Source: an uncultured Gemmatimonadales bacterium (GTDB lineage Bacteria; Gemmatimonadota; Gemmatimonadetes; Gemmatimonadales; GWC2-71-9). Taken from it: a stretch of DNA of 64,000 nt. Where the stretch lies: contig CAWHFW010000002.1 in assembly GCA_963828735.1 (NCBI GenBank), forward strand, positions 928,001 through 992,000, read 5' to 3'. The notes under the pieces are model-generated. The model was not told the DNA's origin. It searched no databases and was given only the letters and a program-made list of their open reading frames with translations. The position numbers were made by a program, and so were the translations under genes. Numbering within the stretch: the first letter of the stretch is position 1; each line of letters begins with the position of its first letter. Of the stretch, positions 1 to 10,433 are shown one piece after another.

Positions 1-51
1 CACGCCGAATGGCCGACTGGTTTCGTGATCGAGCCATCCGATCGCCCATCC

Positions 52-618
52 TCAGAAACTCACCTTCGGGGCCTGTGCGGCGCCCGCCTGCGCCTCGAAA
101 TACTCGCGCGGCTTGCCCAGGCCGAACACCTTCGCGGTGATGTTGTAGGGGAAGCGGCGGATGTAGGCGTTGTACTCGCCCACGGCGCCGTTGTAGTCCT
201 GGCGCGCCACGGAGATGCGGTTCTCGGTGCCCTCGAGCTGGTCCTGCAGCTGCTTGAAGTTCTCGCTCGAGCGGAGCTGCGGGTAGTTCTCCGAGATCGC
301 GATCAGACGGCCGAGACCCTGGGTGAGCTGGGCATCGGCAGCGGCCATCTCGGGCACGTTGCCGCTCTGGATGGCGCCGCCGAGCCGGGCTCGCGCGTTG
401 GCGATCGAGATGAAGACCGTATCCTCCTGCTTGGTGACGCCCTTCACGGTGTTGACCAGGTTCGGAATCAGATCGGCCCGTCGCTGGAGCTGCGCCTGGA
501 TCTGGCCCTGCGCCTGGTTCACCCGCTCGTCCAACGTCTGGATCGTATTGTATCCGCACCCCGCGGTCAGCGCCGTGATCATGGCGAGCGCGAAGGCGAT
601 CCTGGCAGAGCGCTTCAT
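52..618 (-). CDS. lemA: LemA family protein
   Basis: Motifs QLQRRADLIPNLV, ENYPQLRSSENF and QLEGTENRISVARQDYN. The ATG at 618 overlaps the upstream stop (TGATG). Confidence 0.95.
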   Translation of the reverse strand: MKRSARIAFALAMITALTAGCGYNTIQTLDERVNQAQGQIQAQLQRRADLIPNLVNTVKGVTKQEDTVFISIANARARLGGAIQSGNVPEMAAADAQLTQGLGRLIAISENYPQLRSSENFKQLQDQLEGTENRISVARQDYNGAVGEYNAYIRRFPYNITAKVFGLGKPREYFEAQAGAAQAPKVSF

Positions 619-1337
619 CACAGGTCTCCGAGCTGAAAGTGGTCGACGTACTCCGCCGCGTGCGAGACGGCGTTCAGGTACTGCTCGAATACGTGAGGCT
701 CGCAGCGCCATCCGCGCTCCGCTCGCCGCTCCACGGGAACCGTGAGCGCTTCGGCGGGCACGCCCAGCAGTGCGGCCGCCTCCGCCGCCAGCGCTGCGGG
801 TGCGACAGGCACCGGTCTCCCCGCGAGCGTCAGGAGCGCACGCAGCAGCACCAGGATCGTCGCGGCGGTTCCGGCCGCGAGCTGCCCCAGAAGCTTGGTG
901 TCTCCCGCCGCGACTGCGTAGCCCTGGCGCAGCCGGAGCAGCTTACCGCGAAGCTCGCGCTCGAGCGCCTGGCGCAGATCGCGGCGCTGCACCCGCGCGG
1001 CGCCGAGAGGGTCGGCCCCGCGAAGCACGCGGTAGCCCGCCCGCATGTCGGTGATCTCGATGGGGAAGACGTCGCTCGCGCGGTCCCACTCCGCCCGGCT
1101 GATCAGGAGCGGCGGCTCGGCCGTCGCCTTGCGCCACGTGGCGAATGCCGGAGCCAGCGCTCGCAGGCGCCCGGGCGATGGATCGTCGAGCACGAGCATC
1201 AGGTTGATGTTCGAGCGCCCGGCGATATAGTCGCCGCGCGCCGCCGAGCCGTAGAGCAGCGCGCTATACCCCGCGCCCAGGGCCGCATCCGCCGCCGCCA
1301 GGAACGGGGTAACCACGCGATCGACCGAGTCGTGCAT
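618..1337 (-). CDS. Nucleotidyltransferase-fold (Pol beta-like) protein, catalytic aspartates degenerate
   Basis: C-terminal part of ORF 618..1895, from MHDSVDRVV. Contains LYGSAARGDY..GRSNINL. TGATG coupling at both ends. Confidence 0.75.
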   Translation of the reverse strand: MHDSVDRVVTPFLAAADAALGAGYSALLYGSAARGDYIAGRSNINLMLVLDDPSPGRLRALAPAFATWRKATAEPPLLISRAEWDRASDVFPIEITDMRAGYRVLRGADPLGAARVQRRDLRQALERELRGKLLRLRQGYAVAAGDTKLLGQLAAGTAATILVLLRALLTLAGRPVPVAPAALAAEAAALLGVPAEALTVPVERRAERGWRCEPHVFEQYLNAVSHAAEYVDHFQLGDL

Positions 1338-2185
1338 CAGAAGCGTCCCCCCGAGCCGCCACCGCTGAACCCGCCCCCACCGCCGAAGCCACCGAACCCG
1401 CCGCCGCCCCCGCCGAACCCACCGCCGCCCCAACCCCCACCGCCCCACCCTCCCCCACCGATCCAGGGTCCGCCACCCCAATATACCCGGCGCCGGCGAC
1501 CGCCCCGGTTGGCCAGGATCACAAACAGGATGAAGAGCAGGATGGGCAGGAACGACATGAACCGTGCGCCGGGCGCCGGAGCGCCCCCCACCGGCAGCGG
1601 CGCGGCTGCGAGCGTCGAATCCGTGACGCCGTACCCGCGGGCGATGATGCCCGTGAGGGCGCGGACACCGGCCGCGATCGCGGGGCCGTACTGCTCCTGG
1701 CTGAGGAGCGGCCCCATGACCTCGCGCCGGATCTGACCGCTGGCCGCGTCGGTGACGATGCCCTCCAGCCCGTTCCCCGCCTCGATCCGCACGTGGCCGG
1801 TGCCGGGCTGGTGGTTCTGCCGTGGCACCACGAGCAGCACCAGTCCCGCGTTTCGTCGCGGATCGCCGACGTCGGCGCGCCCACCGACGCCCCACCTCCG
1901 CCCGATGGTGAGCGCGACCTCCCCCTCGTCGCGGTCGTCGATCGTCGGCAGGGTGACGACCGCGACCTCGACGCCGGTGGCGCCGCGGAGGCGGGTCAAC
2001 AGGTCATCGAGGGAGTCCCGCGTGGCGGGGTCGACGAGCGAGGCGAAATCGTTGACCATGCCGACCGGTTGGGCCGGGAACAGCCGCTCGACATCCGGAC
2101 TCTGGGCAAGTCCCCGGGCGACCGTCGTCAGTTGTAGCACCGCCAGGAGGGCGATAGCTTTGCGACGTGTTTCCCTCACCGGCAC
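1337..2185 (-). CDS. TPM domain (YgcG/DUF477-like) membrane protein with Gly-rich tail
   Basis: VNDFA..., EVAVVTL, WGVG and GNGLEG motifs, one TM helix and a GGFGGGGGFSGGGSGGRF tail. Start codon uncertain. Confidence 0.9.
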   Translation of the reverse strand: MPVRETRRKAIALLAVLQLTTVARGLAQSPDVERLFPAQPVGMVNDFASLVDPATRDSLDDLLTRLRGATGVEVAVVTLPTIDDRDEGEVALTIGRRWGVGGRADVGDPRRNAGLVLLVVPRQNHQPGTGHVRIEAGNGLEGIVTDAASGQIRREVMGPLLSQEQYGPAIAAGVRALTGIIARGYGVTDSTLAAAPLPVGGAPAPGARFMSFLPILLFILFVILANRGGRRRRVYWGGGPWIGGGGWGGGGWGGGGFGGGGGGFGGFGGGGGFSGGGSGGRF

Positions 2186-2949
2186 TCCTTCGGCTGACCC
2201 GCGCGCTCATCCCGCACGCGCTGTTGCTGACCGGCCTCGCCGCCTGCGAGAAACCGCGCCCGCTTGCGGTACGCGTCTCCATCCCGGGGCCCGACTCGGT
2301 CGAAACACCCGTCACGGGCGTCGGGCTGGTGGCCCTGCCGTACGACCGGGACAGCGTGCTTCGGACGCTCGAGCAACGCGCTCGCACCCCTCGCCCGCCG
2401 ATCGCGCCGCTCGAGAGCCTGTTCGCGGCGTTTCGCGGTCCCTTTACGGCCTACTCGGCGGCCACCATCCGGCTCGGCCGACTCCGTGACTCCGTCGCGG
2501 CCACGAAAGCCGACCTGGATTCCCTCCGCCGGGATGCGCCCGCCTATGCGGAGCGTTACGCGGCGTTCGGCCGCCTGAGCGACTCGCTCCGCGTGGCGCA
2601 GGACCGCGCGGATCGCACCCGTGCCGCGCTCGATCGGGCAAGACGGGACTTCGCGACGCGGGGGGACAGCTTACGGGTCGGCATGCGCCAGTGGGAAGAT
2701 AGCACCTACGAGGGATACGACAGCATCGTTCAGGGACTCGCGCGGCAGGCCGGCCGTGAGCCCGTGACGGACACGACCGGGGCGGACGGGTGGGCGCGGT
2801 TGACGCTCCCGCCAGGCCGCTGGTGGATCTATGCGCGCAGCTGGGACGCGACCGACCCGAACTCCGAATGGTATTGGAACGTGCCGGCTCCGGCCGGTGA
2901 CACCCTGCTCCTGTCGAGCCGGTCCGCCCGGCGGCAGGCGAGATACTAG
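2167..2949 (+). CDS. Hypothetical lipoprotein with a coiled-coil insertion
   Basis: Lipobox-like GLAAC, long helical middle region, Trp-rich beta C-terminus. Start uncertain. Confidence 0.7.
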   Translation: MFPSPALLRLTRALIPHALLLTGLAACEKPRPLAVRVSIPGPDSVETPVTGVGLVALPYDRDSVLRTLEQRARTPRPPIAPLESLFAAFRGPFTAYSAATIRLGRLRDSVAATKADLDSLRRDAPAYAERYAAFGRLSDSLRVAQDRADRTRAALDRARRDFATRGDSLRVGMRQWEDSTYEGYDSIVQGLARQAGREPVTDTTGADGWARLTLPPGRWWIYARSWDATDPNSEWYWNVPAPAGDTLLLSSRSARRQARY

Positions 2950-2957
2950 GAGGTGGG

Positions 2958-3632
2958 ATGCCGCGAAGTGTGATGCTGGCGCTCATGGTCCTCGGCTTCG
3001 GCGCGGGCGCTGCCAGTGGCCAGGCGACCGCCGATTCGGCCAAGAACCCGCTCGCGGGCCGGCTGCTCGGCTCGGCCGGGGCGACGGTGACGGTCTACGA
3101 GATGTCCGATTTCCAGTGCCCCTACTGCCGTGACTTCGCGACCAACACCTGGCCCGCGGTGTACTCCGCCTACGTGGCGACCGGCAAGGTGCGCTGGGCC
3201 TTCGTGAATTTTCCGATCACGACCATCCATCCCAACGCCGCGGCCGCCGCCGAAGTCGGCCTGTGCGCTGCGCAGCAGAACGCGTTCTGGAAGGTGCACG
3301 ACCTGCTCTACCGCCATCAGGATGTCTGGGCGCCGCTCAAGGAGCCGGCGGCCTTCTTCGTAACGCTGGCCGATTCGGCGAAGCTGTCGAAGCCGGCGCT
3401 GCTCGCGTGTCTGCAGTCGCCAGCCACACAGGCGGCACTCGAAGCGGATGCCAAAGGCGCCGAGCGCTCGGGCGCCAACAGCACGCCGACGTTCTACATC
3501 GAGGGCGGCCTGCTGGTGGGCGCGCAGCCGTTGCCCATCTTCCGGCAGGTACTGGACTCGATTCTGAAAGTGAAGGGGCCGGAGAAGGGACCTTCGCCTG
3601 CAAAGGCACCGTCCCCGACGAAGCCGAAATAG
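2958..3632 (+). CDS. DsbA/thioredoxin_4 family protein
   Basis: Signal peptide, SDFQCPYC, HPNA..AAE and STPTFYI motifs. GGAGG RBS. Confidence 0.9.
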   Translation: MPRSVMLALMVLGFGAGAASGQATADSAKNPLAGRLLGSAGATVTVYEMSDFQCPYCRDFATNTWPAVYSAYVATGKVRWAFVNFPITTIHPNAAAAAEVGLCAAQQNAFWKVHDLLYRHQDVWAPLKEPAAFFVTLADSAKLSKPALLACLQSPATQAALEADAKGAERSGANSTPTFYIEGGLLVGAQPLPIFRQVLDSILKVKGPEKGPSPAKAPSPTKPK

Positions 3633-3675
3633 AGTTGGCGGGACGAGGCCATGACCGCCAGGCTGTCGCGACCCG

Positions 3676-4452
3676 TTAGATACCCGCGACCGCCAGGAAC
3701 ACGTCGTACAACGCGTGGGTCCAAGCCGTGATGCCGAAGCCGCGAAGCAGATACAGCCCGCTGAACAGGACGCCGGCGATGGCCCGGAACGCGAACGACG
3801 CCAGCTCCAGGTGATCCCCGTAGGGTCCCACGTAGTGAAACGCCGAGAAGATGAGCGCCCCGACGAGCGTCGCGAACACGCCCGCCGCGCCGGCGCTCCA
3901 GCCGAACAGGCGGCCGGCGAGCCACGCGAGCGCGCCCACGATCAGCACCCGAAAGAGCAGCTCCTCGTAGATGCCGGCGCCGAGCGAGATCATGAGCTGG
4001 GTCGCGAGGCCAAGGCCGTCGGATCCGATCCGGAGGGCACGCGACGGCAAGGCGGAGGCCGCCACCGAGGGGTGGAACGGTCGGAGCAGCAGCCCCGTCA
4101 GCGTGCCCACCACCAGGCCGAAGACCAGCGCGTAGAGCACGGACTCCAGCGCCATCAGGACGAACACGCGGGCCTCGAGCGGGCCCGACCGACGCCGGTC
4201 GCGCCACGCGAGAGCCAGGCCGGTTCCGACCAGCAGCACGCCGAACGCGATCAGCCCGTTCCGTCCGCCGAGCAGGATGAAGGCGCTCTTGAGGAGGACG
4301 TCCGCCCCGTTCCGGACGCCGGTCATCGCCTCGTGCGACAGCGTGAACGCCAGCGCCTCGTACGCCACGAGAAGCGGAAAGGCGAAGGTCACGCTGTAGC
4401 GCGGGGCGCGACTCGCGTGCCAGTAGCGGCTGGACGATGAGGCGAGGGTCAT
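3676..4452 (-). CDS. CPBP (Abi/Rce1-like) intramembrane metalloprotease
   Basis: EELLFR, FSAFH and WTHALYD motifs with multiple TM segments. Confidence 0.9.
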   Translation of the reverse strand: MTLASSSSRYWHASRAPRYSVTFAFPLLVAYEALAFTLSHEAMTGVRNGADVLLKSAFILLGGRNGLIAFGVLLVGTGLALAWRDRRRSGPLEARVFVLMALESVLYALVFGLVVGTLTGLLLRPFHPSVAASALPSRALRIGSDGLGLATQLMISLGAGIYEELLFRVLIVGALAWLAGRLFGWSAGAAGVFATLVGALIFSAFHYVGPYGDHLELASFAFRAIAGVLFSGLYLLRGFGITAWTHALYDVFLAVAGI

Positions 4453-4468
4453 GTGAGGGGGAAAGCGG

Positions 4469-4499
4469 AAAAGAAAAAGGGGCCGCGCTCGGCGGCCCC
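4469..4499 (-). terminator. Rho-independent terminator
   Basis: 8-bp stem GGGGCCGC/GCGGCCCC (4479-4499) followed on the minus strand by TTTTTCTTTT. Confidence 0.8.
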
Positions 4500-4618
4500 C
4501 CCAGGTTCCAAGTGTCGCCCGGGTCTCAGCATGCAGTGCCGTTCAGCAGCCGCAGGCGACCCTTGACTCTGTAGACAATGGATCACCTCCTCGGTAGCGG
4601 GTAGAACATATGGTGCGT
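4469..4618 (-). ncRNA. Candidate small RNA / small-ORF transcript
   Basis: Bounded by a sigma70-like promoter and an intrinsic terminator. Contains a 13-nt complement of the 16S 3' end and an 8-bp internal stem (4514-4521 with 4553-4560). Confidence 0.5.
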
Positions 4619-4624
4619 GAGTGA

Positions 4625-4654
4625 ATAGTAGGAGCCTCACCCGCGGCGCGGCAA
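4625..4654 (-). promoter_or_regulatory. Sigma70-type promoter for the candidate sRNA
   Basis: TTGCCG-18 nt-TACTAT on the minus strand. Confidence 0.55.
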
Positions 4655-4733
4655 GTCCTGGCTTCGACACGAGCACGCAACGAACCCGCATCGCGCATTG
4701 ACGCCCACCGCCGCTGCCACAACATTTGCCCGG

Positions 4734-6041
4734 ATGCCCTCCACCTCGATCAGCTATCGCGCCGTGGTCCGGGTGGGCGTCGCGCTGGCTCCCGCCATCG
4801 GCCTCGTCAATCAGAAAGTGGGCGACGGTCATCGCCGACGACGGGGTGCCGCGGATCGTCTGGCCTGGTGGGCCACATCGAGCCGAGACCGAACGCGCCC
4901 GCTCGTGTGGTTCCACGCGGCGTCCGTGGGCGAGGGTCGCCAGGCGGAGAGTGTGCTGCTCGAGCTCCAGCGGCTCCAGCCGGCCTGCCAGGTCGTCTAC
5001 ACCCACTTCAGCCCATCCGCCGAGCCGCTCGCGCGGCGCCTCGCCGTCGACGCCGCGGATTACCTGCCCTACGACCGCCCAGCCCAAGTCGAGCGCCTGC
5101 TCGACGCGCTGGCCCCCGACCTGCTGGTCTTCGCCAAGCTCGACCTCTGGCCCGAGCTCGCCACACGCGCGGCCGCGCGCGGCGCCGGCGTGGCCCTGGT
5201 CGCCGCGACGGTGAGCCCGGGAAGCGGTCGCTTGCGGTGGCCCGCCCGACGCCTGCTCCGCGCGGGCTACGAGGTGGTCCAGGCCGCCGGGGCGATCGCC
5301 GAGGCCGACGCGGCGCGTCTCGCGATCCTCGGCGTCGATCCTGCGCGGACCCGTGTCCTGGGCGATCCGCGCTTCGACAGCGTGGCAGCCCGCGTGGCGG
5401 CCGTGGCGTCGGACGACCCGTTGCTCCGGCTTGGCGACGGCGCGCCGACGCTGGTGGCCGGGTCGACCTGGGGGACGGATGAAGCGGTCCTCCTCGGCGC
5501 CTTCGCCGCGATACGCTCGCGGCGCGCGGACGCGCGCCTGATCGTGGTCCCGCACGAGCCGACGCCCGACCACCTGGGCGTCCTCGATCGGCGCGCCGCG
5601 GCACTCGGCCTCCCCGTGCCGGTTCGACTGAGCGCCGGCGGTGGCCCGGCACCGCTGCTCGTGGTGGATCGCGTGGGCATGCTCGCGACACTCTACGGCG
5701 CGGCAACGATGGCCTATGTCGGCGGCGGATTCGGCCGCGCGGGCCTTCACTCGGTACTGGAGCCCGCGGCGTGGGGCCTGCCTGTCGCCTTCGGGCCGCG
5801 ATGGCGCGAGAGCCGCGACGCCGGACTGCTGATCGAGGGCGGGGCGGCCGCGGCACTGGATGACCGGGACGCGGCGGTCACGTCGCTCCGGCGGATCTGG
5901 GAAGGTTGGCTGACGAACGAGGAAGGGCGTCGAACGGAGGGGGCGCGCGCGCGGGACATCGTCACCGCTGGACTCGGCGCAGCCGGGCGGTCCGCCGAGA
6001 TGCTGGCCGAGCTTATTTCGTCACGACCCCCTCGAAGGTGA
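4734..6041 (+). CDS. waaA: 3-deoxy-D-manno-octulosonic acid (Kdo) transferase
   Basis: WFHAASVGE, YLPYD, VAGSTW, IVVPH and YVGGGF...HSVLEPAAWG motifs. Confidence 0.9.
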   Translation: MPSTSISYRAVVRVGVALAPAIGLVNQKVGDGHRRRRGAADRLAWWATSSRDRTRPLVWFHAASVGEGRQAESVLLELQRLQPACQVVYTHFSPSAEPLARRLAVDAADYLPYDRPAQVERLLDALAPDLLVFAKLDLWPELATRAAARGAGVALVAATVSPGSGRLRWPARRLLRAGYEVVQAAGAIAEADAARLAILGVDPARTRVLGDPRFDSVAARVAAVASDDPLLRLGDGAPTLVAGSTWGTDEAVLLGAFAAIRSRRADARLIVVPHEPTPDHLGVLDRRAAALGLPVPVRLSAGGGPAPLLVVDRVGMLATLYGAATMAYVGGGFGRAGLHSVLEPAAWGLPVAFGPRWRESRDAGLLIEGGAAAALDDRDAAVTSLRRIWEGWLTNEEGRRTEGARARDIVTAGLGAAGRSAEMLAELISSRPPRR

Positions 6042-6372
6042 CCGTGCGGGGCACGAGGATGCCCAGCGTCAGCACGGTCAACAGCACATCGCTAAACCGG
6101 CTTCGCGTCCGGATCTTCACGTTCGTGACGGCCGTGCCACCCCCGACCTGCGACGCGAGCGCCTTCCGAAGCGACGGCTCCTTGATCGTGATCACGCCCC
6201 AGAACCCGAAGACGGCCTTGCTGGAGACCTGGAACTTGTCGCCCGCGGGCGGCTGACCGGCCGGTGCGGCGAGCGTGGCCGGGACTCCGAGCGTGGCGGC
6301 ATCGAACGTCTGCGCGCACCCGGTGACGAGGCAAGCCAGCACGAGCGCGAGGACGGCGCCCAGTGATCTCAC
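6013..6372 (-). CDS. Small hypothetical lipoprotein
   Basis: Lipobox LVTGC. GTGA overlap with the upstream gene. Confidence 0.7.
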   Translation of the reverse strand: MRSLGAVLALVLACLVTGCAQTFDAATLGVPATLAAPAGQPPAGDKFQVSSKAVFGFWGVITIKEPSLRKALASQVGGGTAVTNVKIRTRSRFSDVLLTVLTLGILVPRTVTFEGVVTK

Positions 6373-7037
6373 AGACCGGGGACCCGAAAGGCGTAGTGCG
6401 CACCCACGCCGAACGTGCCTGGATCGGTAGCGTCACCGACGAACACGCGATCGTAGGCCGCCTGGATGCCGAAGCCATTCAGCAGATTGAGCTCGAGTCC
6501 CCCGCTCAGCCCGAATTTCGTTTCCGTGTCCGACTCGCCGCTGGCCTTCTGGTAGGCGACATCGACGCGAGGGGCCAGCCATGGATGGATGGCCAGCGTC
6601 GGATTCGGAATGACGAGGGCGAAGCCCACGCCGATCGGGAAGTGGTACGCGGTGATTTCCTCACCGGGCAGGAATCCCTCCCCCGGCTTGGCGTAGCTCA
6701 CTCCGGCCTGCAGCGTCACCGACAGGGGCACCAGGGGTCCGCCGACGACGCGATAGTTGAGGGTGCCGCCGACGGACATGTCGCTTCCCGCCGGCCCCTC
6801 GGGATCGAGCGCCGACCAGGTGGCCGTCGCGCCGAGGTCTCCGAACCCCACGCGCACCGTCGCGCCGTATGCGGTTCCATTGCCCGCGGCGTCGTTGGGA
6901 AAGCCGACGTCCCCGTAGATCCCGATGCCACGCGGCACCCCGAGATTGTAGACCGGAAGTCCCGGGTTCTGGGCCGCGAGGGGAGCTGCGCCCAGCGCCA
7001 GGACGAGAACGGCGACGGCGCGCACGGTGTGCCTCAT
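6369..7037 (-). CDS. Outer-membrane beta-barrel-like protein
   Basis: Signal peptide (..APLAAQ) and alternating aromatic/Gly beta strands. GGAGG RBS before ATG 7037. Confidence 0.75.
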   Translation of the reverse strand: MRHTVRAVAVLVLALGAAPLAAQNPGLPVYNLGVPRGIGIYGDVGFPNDAAGNGTAYGATVRVGFGDLGATATWSALDPEGPAGSDMSVGGTLNYRVVGGPLVPLSVTLQAGVSYAKPGEGFLPGEEITAYHFPIGVGFALVIPNPTLAIHPWLAPRVDVAYQKASGESDTETKFGLSGGLELNLLNGFGIQAAYDRVFVGDATDPGTFGVGAHYAFRVPGL

Positions 7038-7092
7038 GCTACCTCCGCGTGAGCGGAACCATCGGGTTCGGAGGGTGGTTTCGGAGCGCCGC

Positions 7093-7122
7093 AAGCTACT
7101 CGGGCACTTCGAAGGAAGTCAA
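7093..7122 (-). promoter_or_regulatory. Sigma70-type promoter for the 6369..7037 gene
   Basis: TTGACT-18 nt-TAGCTT on the minus strand. Confidence 0.5.
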
Positions 7123-7192
7123 TCGCGCCGGACCGGAACGCGAACGCCCGACCGCGTGCATCGCGGCCGGGCGTCTCGTCGGGGAACGGGTG

Positions 7193-7810
7193 TCAGTGAA
7201 TGTAGGCCACGCTGACGCCGACGCCCTCGATGTCGCCGAGACCGCCACTCGCGCGGATCGCCCACTGCTCGCTGAAGCGGATGTCCACTCCCAGACCCAG
7301 GGCGAAGTTTACATCGCTGTCCCCGCCGCCGAACGTGGGCACGATGACCGGGTGCGCGTAGGGGACGAAGGTGGTGTTCGATCCCTCGAGATCGAAGCGA
7401 CGGCCCAGCGAGATGCCGACCGGGATGTAGTATGCGTCGTCGCCGTCGCCGACGTTCGCCCCGAGCCCGAGGGTGAGCGAGCCGTCCAGCGGGAAGCTCT
7501 CGCTGTAGCTCAGGACCTGCGTCCGGAAATCGCCGCCGATGAGGACCCGCGTGCCCCCGGACCCGTTCAAGTCGGCGAACCCGCCGCGGAGGCTGAAGTC
7601 ATTGGCCCCACGGCCGTACCGGTAGAACCCCTCCAGGGCCAAACTCACGCCCTCGCCCGGATCGGAGATCGACGCCCCGAACTCGTGGTTGGTGAAGGCA
7701 CGGTACGGGGCCTTGAAGATGGGCGTGCCGGTCTCTTGTGCCCACAAGGTTTCAGCCGCGCCGGCGAGCAACGCGAGCACCAGGATACCACCGCAGAGGC
7801 TACGACGCAT
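7193..7810 (-). CDS. Outer-membrane beta-barrel-like protein
   Basis: Signal peptide MRRSLCGG..WAQ, amphipathic strands, terminal VSVAYIH. Start overlaps the atpC stop. Confidence 0.75.
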   Translation of the reverse strand: MRRSLCGGILVLALLAGAAETLWAQETGTPIFKAPYRAFTNHEFGASISDPGEGVSLALEGFYRYGRGANDFSLRGGFADLNGSGGTRVLIGGDFRTQVLSYSESFPLDGSLTLGLGANVGDGDDAYYIPVGISLGRRFDLEGSNTTFVPYAHPVIVPTFGGGDSDVNFALGLGVDIRFSEQWAIRASGGLGDIEGVGVSVAYIH

Positions 7811-8059
7811 GCGACTCTCCTTGTACGTGTTCGGCCACCACGCGCACCCGATTGTCAACGACCTGGAGGAAGCCACCGCGAACGACAAATCGCTTCACTG
7901 TGTCGGCCCGCCGAACCGTCAGCGTGCCCTCTCCGAGGAGCGTCATGAACGGCGCGTGATTCGGCAGGATGCCGACTTCACCGTCGAACGCAGGTGCGAC
8001 GACGGCGTCCGCTTCACCGTCGAACATAGACGCCTCGGGAGAGATGACCGTGACTTGCA

Positions 8060-8060
<1 letters not shown>
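7800..8060 (-). CDS. atpC: F1 ATP synthase epsilon subunit (N-terminal domain only)
   Basis: VISPE..., GEVGILPNHAP and GGFLQV motifs, directly after atpD. Confidence 0.93.

Positions 8061-10432
<2,372 letters not shown>

Positions 10433-10433
<1 letters not shown>

Noticed and set aside
1340..1490. CCG/CCA-rich tandem repeat
   Set aside because: It is the coding sequence of the Gly-rich tail of the TPM protein.
4579..4591. 16S rRNA gene fragment (TGGATCACCTCCT)
   Set aside because: The match is limited to 13 nt and the flanks show no rRNA similarity. It is treated as an extended SD-like element on the minus strand.
4469..4618. 6S RNA
   Set aside because: It is short, has its own terminator hairpin and shows no convincing long rod with a central bubble. 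It cannot be fully excluded without cmscan.
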